Assembly: GCA_041739675.1 (NCBI GenBank)
Contig: JBGSNL010000005.1
Location: 1 to 40,895, forward strand
Source: a bacterium
Lineage (GTDB): Bacteria; UBA10199; 2-02-FULL-44-16; DYJF01
Direction: 5' to 3'
DNA: 40,895 nucleotides
Below the pieces are notes generated by a model. The model saw only the letters and a program-made list of their open reading frames with translations, made no database searches and was not told the origin of the DNA. Below are positions 9,887 through 20,784 of the stretch, piece by piece (positions within the stretch are counted from its first letter, which is position 1; every line of letters begins with the position of its first letter). The position numbers and the translations under genes are program-made.

Positions 9887-10135
9887 ATGTATTATGTTTA
9901 TGTTTTAAGGAGCGGAAAAGATTCGAAGCATTATATTGGCTCGACGACAGATCTCGATAGAAGGGTAGAAGATCATAATGCTGGAAAAGTTTTATCAACT
10001 CGTGATAGAAGACCGTTCGAGCTGATATATTCGGAGAAATTTAAAACAAAAGATATTGCAGAAAAGAGGGAGAGATTTTTTAAGACCGGTAAGGGTTATG
10101 ATGTTTTGAGAAATTTATTAAAGTTACCACGCTAA
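9887..10135 (+). CDS. Small stand-alone GIY-YIG nuclease family protein
   Basis: YYVYVL...HYIGST.DL.RR..HN.G...T...RP..L.Y.E...A..RE..FK; AT-rich. Confidence 0.92.
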   Translation: MYYVYVLRSGKDSKHYIGSTTDLDRRVEDHNAGKVLSTRDRRPFELIYSEKFKTKDIAEKRERFFKTGKGYDVLRNLLKLPR

Positions 10136-10152
10136 ACTCGGTTGGATGTTTT

Positions 10153-10229
10153 GCCCCACACTGAAACGTTGTGGGGCTCTCCCCCACACGCCGTAGGAGA
10201 GGGGGGCCCACCGATGCTTTAGTGGTGGG

Positions 10230-10230
<1 letters not shown>
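10153..10230. repeat. Cluster of three short palindromes (REP-like doublet) between the GIY-YIG gene and tRNA-Ser
   Basis: GCCCCACA/TGTGGGGC, CTCTCC/GGAGAG, CCCACC/GGTGGG; first and third are inverted, similar copies. Confidence 0.6.
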
Positions 10231-10356
<126 letters not shown>

Positions 10357-10485
10357 GATGAAGTAGCGGGTGAGAACCGCTATGCGGGCGATGTGTGAAG
10401 AAGAATGAAAGCGCGAACTCAGGGGATCGCCCATTTCAATTGAATTCCAGCTTAATTTCCATTATCTTACGCGGCAGTAAAATCT

Positions 10486-11967
10486 ATGCGAATACGAAAT
10501 AAGTTTCTCATCATCATGCTTCCCACGGTGTGCATCGTATTTGTCTGCCTTGTTTATATCGTTTATCGCACGACGCACGCGGCGCTCGAACGTCAAATTC
10601 AAGCCAGAACGGTAAATGAGCTCAACTATTACGTCGCCAAGCTGGATTCGAAACTCAATGAAATGGAAGACGTTGCGCTGGGTTTGAAGACCTCGCTGGA
10701 AAACGTGGATGTGGTCACCGAAGGCGACGTAAAAAAACTGCTGCAGGGTTTTTTGAACACGGAAAAAGATGCCTACGGCTCGACCGTGTCGTTTGAGCCG
10801 GGAACGTTCGAAGGCAAAGATCTTTTCGGGCCCTATTATTACCGCTCAGGCGGCAATCTTCTCTTCATCGATCTCGCGCGACCTTCCTATGATTATCCCA
10901 AATGGGACTGGTACAAGATTCCTGTTCAAACCGGCAAGCCGCAATGGAGCGAGCCCTATATGGACGTGGGCGGCGGAAACGCGACGATGGTCACCTATTC
11001 GCTGCCGTTTAACAAAGGCGGCAGGCCATGGGGGGTGGCTACGGTCGACGTAGCCTTGTCCAAGCTCACGAAAATTGTCGACGACATCAGCGTCAGCGAA
11101 AACGGCTACGCTTTCCTGCTCGGCAAGAACGGAACTTTTCTTTCGATGCGGCGCGAGGGATGGAAGCTCAAGATGACCGTCTTCGACGCGGCCAAAGAGG
11201 TGGGAAGCGGCGAGTTGGAAGGTCTGGGGAAAAAGATGACCGGCGGGGAATCGGGATTTTCCTATTTCAAAAATCCGTTGGACGAAAAGGATTCGTGGGT
11301 CGCCTTTGGGCCGGTTCCGACGGCTGGATGGTCCCTGGCAATCGTTCTTCCGCAAGACGAGATCATGTCCGATCTTGCGTCGCTCAACCGCCGCGTGATC
11401 GTGATTTTTGTCGCCGGACTGGCCGTGATTTTTTTCACTATCTTCAAACTCTCAACGAAAATCACCGGTCCTATAACGGATATCACATCTTACGCGAAGA
11501 GAATCGCGTCCGGGGATTTCGCGGCCGGTCTTAAAGAGACAAAATCCAACGACGAAGTGGGGGTTCTATCGCGCGCAATAGCCGATCTCAGAAATTCGGT
11601 TTCAGCTTCGATGCAGATGCTGGCGGAGGAAAAAGAGACGTTCAAACTGGCGTTCGCGCAGATGTCCGACGGGATAGTGATAGCCAATCCCCAATGGAAG
11701 GTCCTGCAGTTTAACGATGCGGCTTCAAGACTTCTCCGTCTTTCCCAGAATATGCCGCTTCTTGAGTATCTGGATTCGAAGTTTCAAAGCGATTTTCCGC
11801 TGATGGTTCTTTCGAATTTAAAAAATGAAAAGAAATCGTTCAAATTGACGCGCAAGGAGGCGGACGCCGGGGCGCCGAATGATTTCGAATGCAGTGTTTC
11901 GCCGGTAATCGGGGAGGCGGGTCAGATCAAGGTGTACGTGGCAAGATTTTTTCAACTCCGCCCATGA
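10486..11967 (+). CDS. Membrane sensor: TM-dCache-TM-HAMP-PAS, no recognisable output domain
   Basis: WY..P...G...WSEPY.D and GVATVD Cache motifs; PITDI...IASGDF...DEVGVL HAMP; MSDGIVI...FN.AA PAS; ends without H-box or GGDEF. Confidence 0.8.
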   Translation: MRIRNKFLIIMLPTVCIVFVCLVYIVYRTTHAALERQIQARTVNELNYYVAKLDSKLNEMEDVALGLKTSLENVDVVTEGDVKKLLQGFLNTEKDAYGSTVSFEPGTFEGKDLFGPYYYRSGGNLLFIDLARPSYDYPKWDWYKIPVQTGKPQWSEPYMDVGGGNATMVTYSLPFNKGGRPWGVATVDVALSKLTKIVDDISVSENGYAFLLGKNGTFLSMRREGWKLKMTVFDAAKEVGSGELEGLGKKMTGGESGFSYFKNPLDEKDSWVAFGPVPTAGWSLAIVLPQDEIMSDLASLNRRVIVIFVAGLAVIFFTIFKLSTKITGPITDITSYAKRIASGDFAAGLKETKSNDEVGVLSRAIADLRNSVSASMQMLAEEKETFKLAFAQMSDGIVIANPQWKVLQFNDAASRLLRLSQNMPLLEYLDSKFQSDFPLMVLSNLKNEKKSFKLTRKEADAGAPNDFECSVSPVIGEAGQIKVYVARFFQLRP

Positions 11968-13216
11968 ACGGTTTTAATGCCTTGGGGATTAGTATGCTTC
12001 CATCTTTCTGCTGATAATTTTCTAAAACCGCGATGAGCGCTCGGCTGATGGCGATGGCGGTTCCGTTGAGCATGTGCACAAAAATCGGTTTCTTTTCCCC
12101 TTCGCGCCGGAATTTGATACCCAACCTTCTGGCCTGGTAGTCTGTGCAATTCGATGTGGATGTCACCTCGCCCCAATCGCCTTTCTCTCCGCGGCCAGGC
12201 ATCCACGCCTCAAGGTCATATTTGCGATATGCGGGCCCGCCCAGGTCTCCGGTGCAAATATCAACAACGCGATACGGAATTCCCAGACCTGCGAAGAGTT
12301 TTTCTTCATGTTTTACAAACTCTTCGTGCGTGGCCGCCGATGTTTCCGGCGTAGTAAACGCGAACATCTCCACCTTTGTGAACTGATGAACGCGGTAGAG
12401 GCCCTTGGATTCCTTTCCGGCCGCGCCTGCCTCCGTCCTGAAACAATGGGAGACGCCGACATATTTGAGCGGGAGCTCCGATTCATCCAGAATTCTGTCC
12501 GAGAGCATTCCCCCGAGGGTGATTTCGGCTGTTGCAATCAGACAAAGATCCGAATTCGCTACGGAGTAGATTTGTGTCTCTTCGCCGCGCGGATTGAAGC
12601 CGATGCCGTCCAAAATCTGTTCGCGCGCCAGGTCGGGTGTTATTATCGGAGAAAATCCTTCCTTACGAAGCATGTCCAATGCGTACTGTATGAGGGCGAA
12701 CTCCAGAAGGACCGCTTCGTTTTTGAGGTAATAAAATTTCTGACCCGATACATTTGCAGCCGATTCAAAATCTATGAGGTCCAGCTCTTTTCCCAGAACG
12801 ACATGATCCTTGGGTTGGAAATCGAATTTTGTCGGATCGCCGTGTCTTCTTATCTCCTTGTTCCCCTCTTCGCCTGCGGCAACCGGTGCGTCAGGATGGG
12901 TCATGTTGGGGATCTGGCGCAGGATGTGCTCCACGCCCGATGCGATCTGCGTGAGATTGGCCTCTTCGTCCGAGACGGTCTGCTTCAATTCTTTGCCGCG
13001 CGCGATGAGTTTTTCCCGCTCGGAAGGCTCCAACTTCGCCTTCATTGCGGCCGCATTTTCATTCTGGAGGCGGTGGATATCCTCGACGCGTTTTAAAAGC
13101 TCGCGGCGCTTTCCGTCCAAGACGAGAAGCTCATCCACATCGGCCCTGATGTTCCGCCTCCGGCAATTTTCCTTCACCGCATCGGCGTTTGAAAGTACGA
13201 ATTTGAGATCGAGCAT
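11927..13216 (-). CDS. serS: Serine--tRNA ligase
   Basis: MLDLK N-terminus, coiled coil, TAE, CFRTEAG...GLYRVHQF.KVE, SNCTDYQARR, LNGT. Confidence 0.97.
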   Translation of the reverse strand: MLDLKFVLSNADAVKENCRRRNIRADVDELLVLDGKRRELLKRVEDIHRLQNENAAAMKAKLEPSEREKLIARGKELKQTVSDEEANLTQIASGVEHILRQIPNMTHPDAPVAAGEEGNKEIRRHGDPTKFDFQPKDHVVLGKELDLIDFESAANVSGQKFYYLKNEAVLLEFALIQYALDMLRKEGFSPIITPDLAREQILDGIGFNPRGEETQIYSVANSDLCLIATAEITLGGMLSDRILDESELPLKYVGVSHCFRTEAGAAGKESKGLYRVHQFTKVEMFAFTTPETSAATHEEFVKHEEKLFAGLGIPYRVVDICTGDLGGPAYRKYDLEAWMPGRGEKGDWGEVTSTSNCTDYQARRLGIKFRREGEKKPIFVHMLNGTAIAISRALIAVLENYQQKDGSILIPKALKPFMGGVEKILPRTP

Positions 13217-13219
13217 ACG

Positions 13220-14233
13220 TTATTTCTTGAGCTCCTCTTCTATTATTTCCTTGAAAGCATTGGGCGGCTGGGCGCCGGAGAGCTGCACGCCGTTTATGAA
13301 GTATGCGGGAGTTCCCGACACTCCGATTGCAACGCCCTTCTCCTGCATCTCGTTGACGTCATCGGCATGTTCGCCCTTGTCCAGACACTTGTCGAACTTT
13401 TCAGCGTTGAGCTTCAACTCTTTAGCGTATTTTTTGAGATCGTCAACCGACAAGGCCGTCTGATTGTCGAAGATCTTCTTGTTGTAATCGAAATATTTGT
13501 CCTGATCTCCCGCGCAGTGTGCCGCTTCGTGCGCCTTTTTTGCATACTGATGGAAGGAAAGCGGGAAATCCATGAACACATAGCGCAGATTGTCTTTGTA
13601 GTCTTCAAGGAGTTTCCAGATGGTCGGTCTCACGCGTTTGCAGAACGGGCACTGATAGTCCGAGAATTCCACAAGCGTGATCTTTGCATCCTTGGGGCCC
13701 ACTGACGGGGCATCGCCCACGTCGATCTTCACGCGCGGCGGCTCCAGATAGATTTTAACGTCCGATTCGCTTTTCAGCTTGGCGATAAGATCCTGCTCCG
13801 CCTTGTTCTTTTTATTTTGTTTCAGGAAGGCGATGATCTGATCCTTGACCTTGTCGAAGGGAAGGGTATCTTTGCCCTTGCGCGCATCGTAGAGGGCCCG
13901 GACTTCCTCTTCCGTGGGCTCCACTGCCTTCGCGTCTACCTCCTCTTTCATGAAATCATCGACGCTCTTGCCGGCCTTTTTTGCCGCGTCCTCGATCAGT
14001 TTTTTCTGTACGAGACCGTCCAGACCCTGCTTTTTGATCTGGTAGATCTGGGTATCGATTCTCTGCATCTGGTTCTTGATTGCGCTATCCAGGTCGCTTG
14101 CGGTGATGGTGATACCGTTGATAGAGGCCACGGCGTCATCTTTCAGCGCGGCAGAGGTCGAAGACCCCCCCTTGGAGCAGGCCGAAATCAGGGCAATGAG
14201 GACCAGCAGGGCCGCCAAACTCATTTTTCTCAT
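13220..14233 (-). CDS. Lipoprotein with SurA-N-like domain and DsbA/thioredoxin domain
   Basis: LISAC lipobox; EFSDYQCPFC active site; GVSGTP cis-Pro loop. Confidence 0.88.
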   Translation of the reverse strand: MRKMSLAALLVLIALISACSKGGSSTSAALKDDAVASINGITITASDLDSAIKNQMQRIDTQIYQIKKQGLDGLVQKKLIEDAAKKAGKSVDDFMKEEVDAKAVEPTEEEVRALYDARKGKDTLPFDKVKDQIIAFLKQNKKNKAEQDLIAKLKSESDVKIYLEPPRVKIDVGDAPSVGPKDAKITLVEFSDYQCPFCKRVRPTIWKLLEDYKDNLRYVFMDFPLSFHQYAKKAHEAAHCAGDQDKYFDYNKKIFDNQTALSVDDLKKYAKELKLNAEKFDKCLDKGEHADDVNEMQEKGVAIGVSGTPAYFINGVQLSGAQPPNAFKEIIEEELKK

Positions 14234-14372
14234 AATCTTCTCCTTTTTCCTTGAAAAATATACAGTTTTCGGGACCGTAGCACCTGGCTATGGACGATGC
14301 AATAAAAATTAGGCAGAATCCGCGCAACATTTCCAAACTATTGACGATATTAATAGTGAGAGGGGTCCTCAG

Positions 14373-16472
14373 TTGAAAAAGCTTACAATCTCACTTCTCT
14401 GCGGAGTTTTTCTAGTTTTGGCCGCCGGCCACGCGGCGTATTGCGGACAAAAAGTCGATCCATTTTTGGGCGTATTTCCTGCGTCGTCAAACTATGAGAA
14501 AAGTACCGGCACATCCAAGGCCATGGCAGTTTCACAGCCGGGCTATGAAGTTTTCATCAAATCAGATGATGCTTTGTCCACAAAGAAAGCGATAGAAGCA
14601 AAGGGCGGCACAGTAAAGATTGTTGTCGGCAAGATCATCACTGCATTTATTCCTCAACCTGACATCGAAGAGATAGCCGAACGCGACGAAGTCGTTTTCA
14701 TCGAGGCGGCAAAACCGGTATCGATGAACAATGACGTGGCGATGGAGGAGATAAACGGGAACGAAGCCCATGAGGGAACCGTGATCCCGACACCACTCAC
14801 CGGCAAGAACACAATTGTCGGCATAGTGGATACCGGCATCGATTACAACCATGCGGATTTCAAAGACGCCGCGGGTGTGAACCGCATACTTTATGTTTGG
14901 GATCAGACGGGCAAGAGCGGTGCGGGCCCGACTGAGATCGAAGGCAGCTATGGAACGGAGTGCGATGCCGATGATTTGAAAAGCGGCGCCTGCCAGGTGA
15001 CCGACGAGTCCGGCCACGGAACGCATATCACGGGCACGGCTGCGGGCAGGAGCAATACCTACGGCGGCGTGGCGCCCGATGCTTCTATAATAATCGTAAA
15101 ATACAAAGCCGAGCTTGAATTCAACGACGGTTATGCGAACCCGGTATTTTCGACAACGATCTGCGAAGGCGCGTACTACGTTTTCAGAAAAGCCGAAACG
15201 CTCGGACTGCCTGCGGTTGTGAATTTGAGCCTCGGAACGCACATCGGCCCGCATGACGGCACCTCCCTTTTTGAAGAGTGCCTTGACAGTCTGGTCGAAG
15301 GCTCCAAGGGCAGGGCAATCATTGTTGCAGGCGGAAATGAAAACAGCGAAGAGGATATCTACACGGGGCTCCATGCCGGCTACGACGTAGCGGGTGAAGC
15401 TGCAACAAACTTTGAGGTGAGGAGCTTCCAGGCGGGCAAGCTCTTTTACATAGATATCTGGGGCGCGCGCGGAAGCGATCTGAGCTTTGCGCTCGCCGCC
15501 CATGAACTTGCGAGCAAGAGATCGCAGCAGACCGACTTTGCCATCCCCGGCGGTTCAAAAAGAGGCACTCTTTTCAAAAACAACGTTTCATATGAGATAA
15601 ACGCCGGCGAAGAGGCGAGCTCGCTCAACGGTAAGCCCCATGTCGGCATAACGATCACGATTGCCGATTCCGTCACCAAGCCCGAAAGTTACAATTTCGA
15701 TCTTATAGTCTCGGGCAACGGGCACTTCGACGCATGGCTCTATCCCGATAAACCGGCTTCAATCGTTAATTTCACCACACTCAGCGGATCCCACTACGGC
15801 AAGCTGTTCGTGCCCGGCGACAGAAAAATGAGCATCGCGAGCCCAGCAACGGCTAAAAACGTCATCGGTGTCGCCGCCTATACGACGAGGAACCGTTGGG
15901 ACGCCGGCGCAAGCTGTTGCCAGGTTTCCTATACGGTCGGCGATCTTCTGGATTTTTCCAGCGTGGGCCCGTCGGCCGATCCGTCAGTGACCGGGCAGAA
16001 GCCCGAGATAGCGGCCCCGGGTGCGATGATCGCGTCCGCAAAATCTCAAAACGCACACGCGGACAGCAACCTTGTCATGTCGGACGGAAAACATATGCTC
16101 ATGGCTGGCACGAGCATGGCCGCGCCTTTTGTTGCTGGAACCGTTGCGCTGCTTTTCTCCGCGAATCCCGATTACACATTTGAGGATATCGAACGTTATG
16201 TCACGCAGAGCGCCTATGTTGACAGTTTTGTGGGAACCGTTCCCAACGACAGCTGGGGATACGGCAAACTCGATGTGCTGGGAGCAGTTGAGGCGGCGCT
16301 CAATGGAGGGGCCAGCGGCAGCTCCATTAATAATCCGGATCTTTCGCTTCCGGCAGAGGGATCGTCCTCGTGCTCACTGGCGGCCGCCGCGTCATCTTCT
16401 CAAGGCGCATCAATTGCCTTCATCATGCTGGGCCTTGTGACGACCGCCCTTTTTGCAATACGCCGTTCTTAA
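14373..16472 (+). CDS. Subtilisin-like S8 serine peptidase with C-terminal sorting/anchor signal
   Basis: Signal peptide; triad motifs IVDTG, GHGTH, GTSMAAP; insert in the catalytic domain; tail SSSCSL-hydrophobic-RRS. Confidence 0.9.
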   Translation: MKKLTISLLCGVFLVLAAGHAAYCGQKVDPFLGVFPASSNYEKSTGTSKAMAVSQPGYEVFIKSDDALSTKKAIEAKGGTVKIVVGKIITAFIPQPDIEEIAERDEVVFIEAAKPVSMNNDVAMEEINGNEAHEGTVIPTPLTGKNTIVGIVDTGIDYNHADFKDAAGVNRILYVWDQTGKSGAGPTEIEGSYGTECDADDLKSGACQVTDESGHGTHITGTAAGRSNTYGGVAPDASIIIVKYKAELEFNDGYANPVFSTTICEGAYYVFRKAETLGLPAVVNLSLGTHIGPHDGTSLFEECLDSLVEGSKGRAIIVAGGNENSEEDIYTGLHAGYDVAGEAATNFEVRSFQAGKLFYIDIWGARGSDLSFALAAHELASKRSQQTDFAIPGGSKRGTLFKNNVSYEINAGEEASSLNGKPHVGITITIADSVTKPESYNFDLIVSGNGHFDAWLYPDKPASIVNFTTLSGSHYGKLFVPGDRKMSIASPATAKNVIGVAAYTTRNRWDAGASCCQVSYTVGDLLDFSSVGPSADPSVTGQKPEIAAPGAMIASAKSQNAHADSNLVMSDGKHMLMAGTSMAAPFVAGTVALLFSANPDYTFEDIERYVTQSAYVDSFVGTVPNDSWGYGKLDVLGAVEAALNGGASGSSINNPDLSLPAEGSSSCSLAAAASSSQGASIAFIMLGLVTTALFAIRRS

Positions 16473-17881
16473 ATATCATAATACAAACTGAACTCGAACG
16501 GTACGGGCCTGAGCCTCATGGGCTGAACCTCGTTTTCCATCTTGTATGAGATCCACATGTCGATCACGTCCTGCGTGAAGACGTCTCCCCTCAAAAGGAA
16601 CGCGTGGTCTTTTTCAAGGACCGCAAGCGCTTCGTCTAACGATGCCGGAACGTGCTTCACGTTCTTGAGCTCTTCAGGCGACAGTTTGTAGATGTTCTTA
16701 TCAAGCGGATCGCCAGGCGATAGGCGGTTCTGGATGCCGTCGAGGCCAGCCATGAGTAACGCCGCGAACGTGAGATAGCCGTTGCACGACGGATCGGGTG
16801 TTCTGAACTCGATGCGTTTTGACTTTGGGGAGGCCGAGTACATCGGTATTCTGATCGCCGCCGATCTGTTGCGCGATGAGTATGCGAGATTGATAGGCGC
16901 CTCGTAGCCGGGTACTAACCTGCGATATGAGTTCGTCGTCGGATTCGCAAACGCGCAGATGGCGCCCGCATGTTTCAAGAGCCCGCCGATGAAGTGAAGC
17001 GCCATCTCGGAAAGCCCGCCGTAGCGGTCGCCCGCGAAGAGCGGCTTGTCGCCCTTCCAGAGCGATATGTGCACGTGCATGCCGCTGCCGTTGTCCTCAA
17101 AGAGCGGTTTCGGCATGAAGGTCACGGTCTTTCCGTGGCGGCGCGCGACGTTTTTCACGCAATATTTGAACCAGAGAAGCTGGTCGCCCATGTCGGTCAG
17201 CGGAGAATAGCGCATGTCGATTTCAGCCTGACCGGCGGTCGCAACTTCATGATGCTGACATTCTACGTTGATTCCCACCTTCTGCATCTCAAGAACCATC
17301 TCGGTCCTTATGTCCTGTTGGGAGTCTGTGGGAGATACGGGGAAATATCCCTCTTTGTAGCGCGGCTTGTAGCCGAGGTTCGGCGACTCGTCGCGGCCGC
17401 TGTTCCACCGGCCTTCATCGGAATCTATATGATAGAATCCCTCGTTCGATGTCTGGTCGAATCTGATTGAGTCGAAGATGAAGAACTCCGCTTCCGGCCC
17501 GAAGTGCGCCACATCGGCGATCCCTGTGGATTTGAGATACGCCTCGGCCTTCGTTGCAATGTAACGCGGGTCGCGTGTGTAGGGCTCCTTCGTGATTGGA
17601 TCCACAATGTTTCCGATCAGGGAGAGCGTGGGCACCTCCATGAAAGGGTCCATCACCGCGGTTTTGACATCGGGGATGATCACCATGTCGGAGGAGTGGA
17701 TCGGCTGCCAGCCGCGGATGGATGATCCGTCAAACCCGAAGCCTTCCTCGATGGACGAAGGCGAAAGTTCTGAGATGGGCACGCTGAAGTGCTGCCACAC
17801 TCCGGGGAAATCGACGAATTTCAGATCCACCATCTTGGCTTTGTTCTCTTCGGCAACACGTAAGGCTTTCTGGATATCCAT
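16469..17881 (-). CDS. glnA: Glutamine synthetase type I
   Basis: [48 protein letters not shown]; adenylylation-site Tyr (DKNIY). Confidence 0.98.
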   Translation of the reverse strand: MDIQKALRVAEENKAKMVDLKFVDFPGVWQHFSVPISELSPSSIEEGFGFDGSSIRGWQPIHSSDMVIIPDVKTAVMDPFMEVPTLSLIGNIVDPITKEPYTRDPRYIATKAEAYLKSTGIADVAHFGPEAEFFIFDSIRFDQTSNEGFYHIDSDEGRWNSGRDESPNLGYKPRYKEGYFPVSPTDSQQDIRTEMVLEMQKVGINVECQHHEVATAGQAEIDMRYSPLTDMGDQLLWFKYCVKNVARRHGKTVTFMPKPLFEDNGSGMHVHISLWKGDKPLFAGDRYGGLSEMALHFIGGLLKHAGAICAFANPTTNSYRRLVPGYEAPINLAYSSRNRSAAIRIPMYSASPKSKRIEFRTPDPSCNGYLTFAALLMAGLDGIQNRLSPGDPLDKNIYKLSPEELKNVKHVPASLDEALAVLEKDHAFLLRGDVFTQDVIDMWISYKMENEVQPMRLRPVPFEFSLYYDI

Positions 17882-17912
17882 CTTCTCCTCCTTTAAAAGT
17901 TAACTGTTATGG

Positions 17913-18344
<432 letters not shown>

Positions 18345-18378
18345 CTATCACGATCCCATAAAATCTCAAGCCCAATGT

Positions 18379-19665
18379 TTAAAAGAATCCTGCCTGCAAG
18401 CCGACGCGTACTCGGTGGTTATATTGGTCGTCGCCGGGCATCTTGTTCAAAAGGAGCGAATAATCCGCCTGTATTTTCAAAGGGTGGCCGTAAAAATAAT
18501 AGTTCAGACCGCCCGATATCTCGTAATTATCGTTCTTCGGGCCGGCCCATCTGAGGAGGTTTCCCTGAACGTCCAGCTCCAGATGCTTTGGAATGACAAA
18601 GTAGCCCGCCTGCGCAGCGAACGCATAATCGTTCTTATGCTGCGTATGGTCGTGGAGGATGATGAATTCGGGGACGAACGAAAAACCCTTGTAGCGAAAG
18701 ACAAGGTCGGTCTGGCCGCGGACGATGGTGTCGCCCGGGTTTATGTTTGCCGGCGCGGCGATCGGATAATCCCACTTCTCATACGCCCCGGAGAGCGTGA
18801 GTGCCAGCTGCGGCTTTTCAGAATAGTTGATGTCGGCGACGCCAAGGCCCGGATTGCCCAGAAAATTGTAAGTCAGGCAGGTGCCGATCCTGAACGCTTT
18901 GTTGAAGTTGAGATTGTCAAAATTCGATCCGTTCACAGCAAAGACTTCATAGTCGAGTTTTTTTGCTATCGTTCCCAAAAAATCGACGCCGGTCTGAAAG
19001 TTGGGAGTGAATGGATCTGTCGTCGCGATAATGGGGAAGTTGAAGAACTCCAGCAGATTCGATGCCCGGAAGAAGAACTCGGTCGGCGGGATGAACTCGC
19101 CCACTCTTATCTGAAACTCATCGGCAAATTTGTACTGCGCCCACAGATAGAGAAGCCTGAAATTCCTGTCGGTCCTGTCGGTGACCGTAAACGACGACGT
19201 GTCTCCTCCGGAATCGACTACGGTGTAGGTCGTCTGCGTCGTCGGCACGTTGTACTGGGTAACCATCTCCGTCATCACCATGTAAGTAAAGTCTTTGGTG
19301 AAGGCGTTTCCGGAGAGGAGGAGCCTTGCCCTCTGGAGCCCGAATGAATTGGTGTCCGGAGCATCCTCGTTGGCCTGGTATTGATAAAAGATCTGGGCGA
19401 AGAGCCTGACCTTGAATTCATAATCCCCGTCTTCGCTCCTGATGAAGAACCCGTGATCGTATCCCGAGTTTCCCGTCTTTTCGCGCGACACCTTGAGTTC
19501 GCCGATCTCTTTTTTGAGCTGGTCGATCTCGTCCTGCTGCGCTTTCAAAGCCTCTTCAACCGATAGATTTTTTTGCTGGGCGGTTTTTGCCGAGACGGTG
19601 GACGGGAAAAATAAAAATCCCGCAACGAGGATTGCGACGACCGATAATGACGATCTGTACTTCAT
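18379..19665 (-). CDS. Outer-membrane porin, OprO/OprP (phosphate-selective) family-like
   Basis: Signal peptide, N-terminal coiled coil, GFFIRSEDG, F.L.RARL..SG motif, amphipathic beta strands, terminal Phe. Confidence 0.78.
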   Translation of the reverse strand: MKYRSSLSVVAILVAGFLFFPSTVSAKTAQQKNLSVEEALKAQQDEIDQLKKEIGELKVSREKTGNSGYDHGFFIRSEDGDYEFKVRLFAQIFYQYQANEDAPDTNSFGLQRARLLLSGNAFTKDFTYMVMTEMVTQYNVPTTQTTYTVVDSGGDTSSFTVTDRTDRNFRLLYLWAQYKFADEFQIRVGEFIPPTEFFFRASNLLEFFNFPIIATTDPFTPNFQTGVDFLGTIAKKLDYEVFAVNGSNFDNLNFNKAFRIGTCLTYNFLGNPGLGVADINYSEKPQLALTLSGAYEKWDYPIAAPANINPGDTIVRGQTDLVFRYKGFSFVPEFIILHDHTQHKNDYAFAAQAGYFVIPKHLELDVQGNLLRWAGPKNDNYEISGGLNYYFYGHPLKIQADYSLLLNKMPGDDQYNHRVRVGLQAGFF

Positions 19666-19685
19666 TTTGGCCCCCTCTAATTTTC

Positions 19686-19750
19686 AAAAACGGGGCGGGC
19701 CTGCCCGCCGAGTTGTGTGGCGGGCTAACACGGCTTTGCAGACACTGCAA
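19686..19750 (-). promoter_or_regulatory. Structured 5' leader of the porin gene (possible attenuator)
   Basis: Minus strand GCCCGCC...GGCGGGC-AG-GCCCGCC-CCG-TTTTT gives mutually exclusive hairpins; upstream TTGCAG/CTGCAA hairpin. Confidence 0.4.
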
Positions 19751-19811
19751 GTGGATTTAACTAACTTGTTTTTTTGTCGTTGATGTGGTGTTATAAGACA
19801 TTAAAGACTTC

Positions 19812-20777
19812 ATGAAAAAGAGACATTCAAAAGATGATTTGATCGCTTTTCTGGAATCCCAGTGGCCGGGAAAGTGTTCCAAGGAGATCAAGCAGGCCTT
19901 CGCCGATCTGAAAAAAATAGCGGCTGAAAATCCGCAGGTTCGCTCCACGCGCCAGGTCGGCAAGTCGTTCAACATACTTCATGCGGTGCGCCGCATTTGC
20001 AGCGCGCACGATTTCTTTTTTCTCAGCCGCCAGATAACCTATCACATATCCGCATCGGCCGATGTGAAAGAGGTTTTGGGTAACGAGAACCAGATAGAAG
20101 CGGTCCTCTCGGAACTTGTCACGCACATTGCGAGGCGCGCCCCGCATGGCGGCAAAATCGGAATAGAGATCAGAGAGACGGTGCAGCGCCAGGCGCCGGC
20201 AATAGAGGTTCTCTTCAAGTCGGTCGATGAAAAAATAGGGGAGATGAGCCGCGGCGCGTATCTTGAGGGGCTTTTCGGAGGGCGTGGCGAGTCGGGCTCT
20301 TCCACTATTATAGCGTGCAAAGAGGCGATATCCAAAGAGGGCGGCCAGTTGACCGCCGATCTGCCCGAACCGAAAAAAACCGTTTTCAGGATATCGCTTA
20401 AGACTGCAGCTTCGGCTCCCGCCCCGATAGGTGATCAGGAGATTTTCAAATACGATATCGCAATCAAAAATATAGCGACCGTCAGAAAGAGATTCGGCAT
20501 CAGGAAGAGCCAGTCACTGGTGGCGCAGGTGGAAAATTTTGTGCGCTCGCTCGTGCGCCATCCTATAGACATAGTCACGGCTATGCACGACAAGGGGATA
20601 ATCACCGCGATTTATGAAACGCAAAAGGGCGCGGCCCAATCTGTTGCCGGCCGCATATCTTCGCGCCTCGGGACAGAAAAGTTTCAGATTGGCAAGATGG
20701 AAGTTGATCTAGATTTCAAATATCAACTCTCCGCACTCCCTTCCATTCCACTCAAGCGCACGGGGGACGAACACTGA
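19812..20777 (+). CDS. Hypothetical signalling protein: degenerate HATPase_c-like plus degenerate GGDEF-like domain
   Basis: Kinase-like spacing (VLGNENQIEAVLSELVTHIARRAPHGGKI...GGQL...TVFRISL) without N/G boxes; GGDEF-like pattern (RFG...LVR..DIV...A..VA.RI) without the motif. Confidence 0.55.
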   Translation: MKKRHSKDDLIAFLESQWPGKCSKEIKQAFADLKKIAAENPQVRSTRQVGKSFNILHAVRRICSAHDFFFLSRQITYHISASADVKEVLGNENQIEAVLSELVTHIARRAPHGGKIGIEIRETVQRQAPAIEVLFKSVDEKIGEMSRGAYLEGLFGGRGESGSSTIIACKEAISKEGGQLTADLPEPKKTVFRISLKTAASAPAPIGDQEIFKYDIAIKNIATVRKRFGIRKSQSLVAQVENFVRSLVRHPIDIVTAMHDKGIITAIYETQKGAAQSVAGRISSRLGTEKFQIGKMEVDLDFKYQLSALPSIPLKRTGDEH

Positions 20778-20784
20778 AAGGTCT

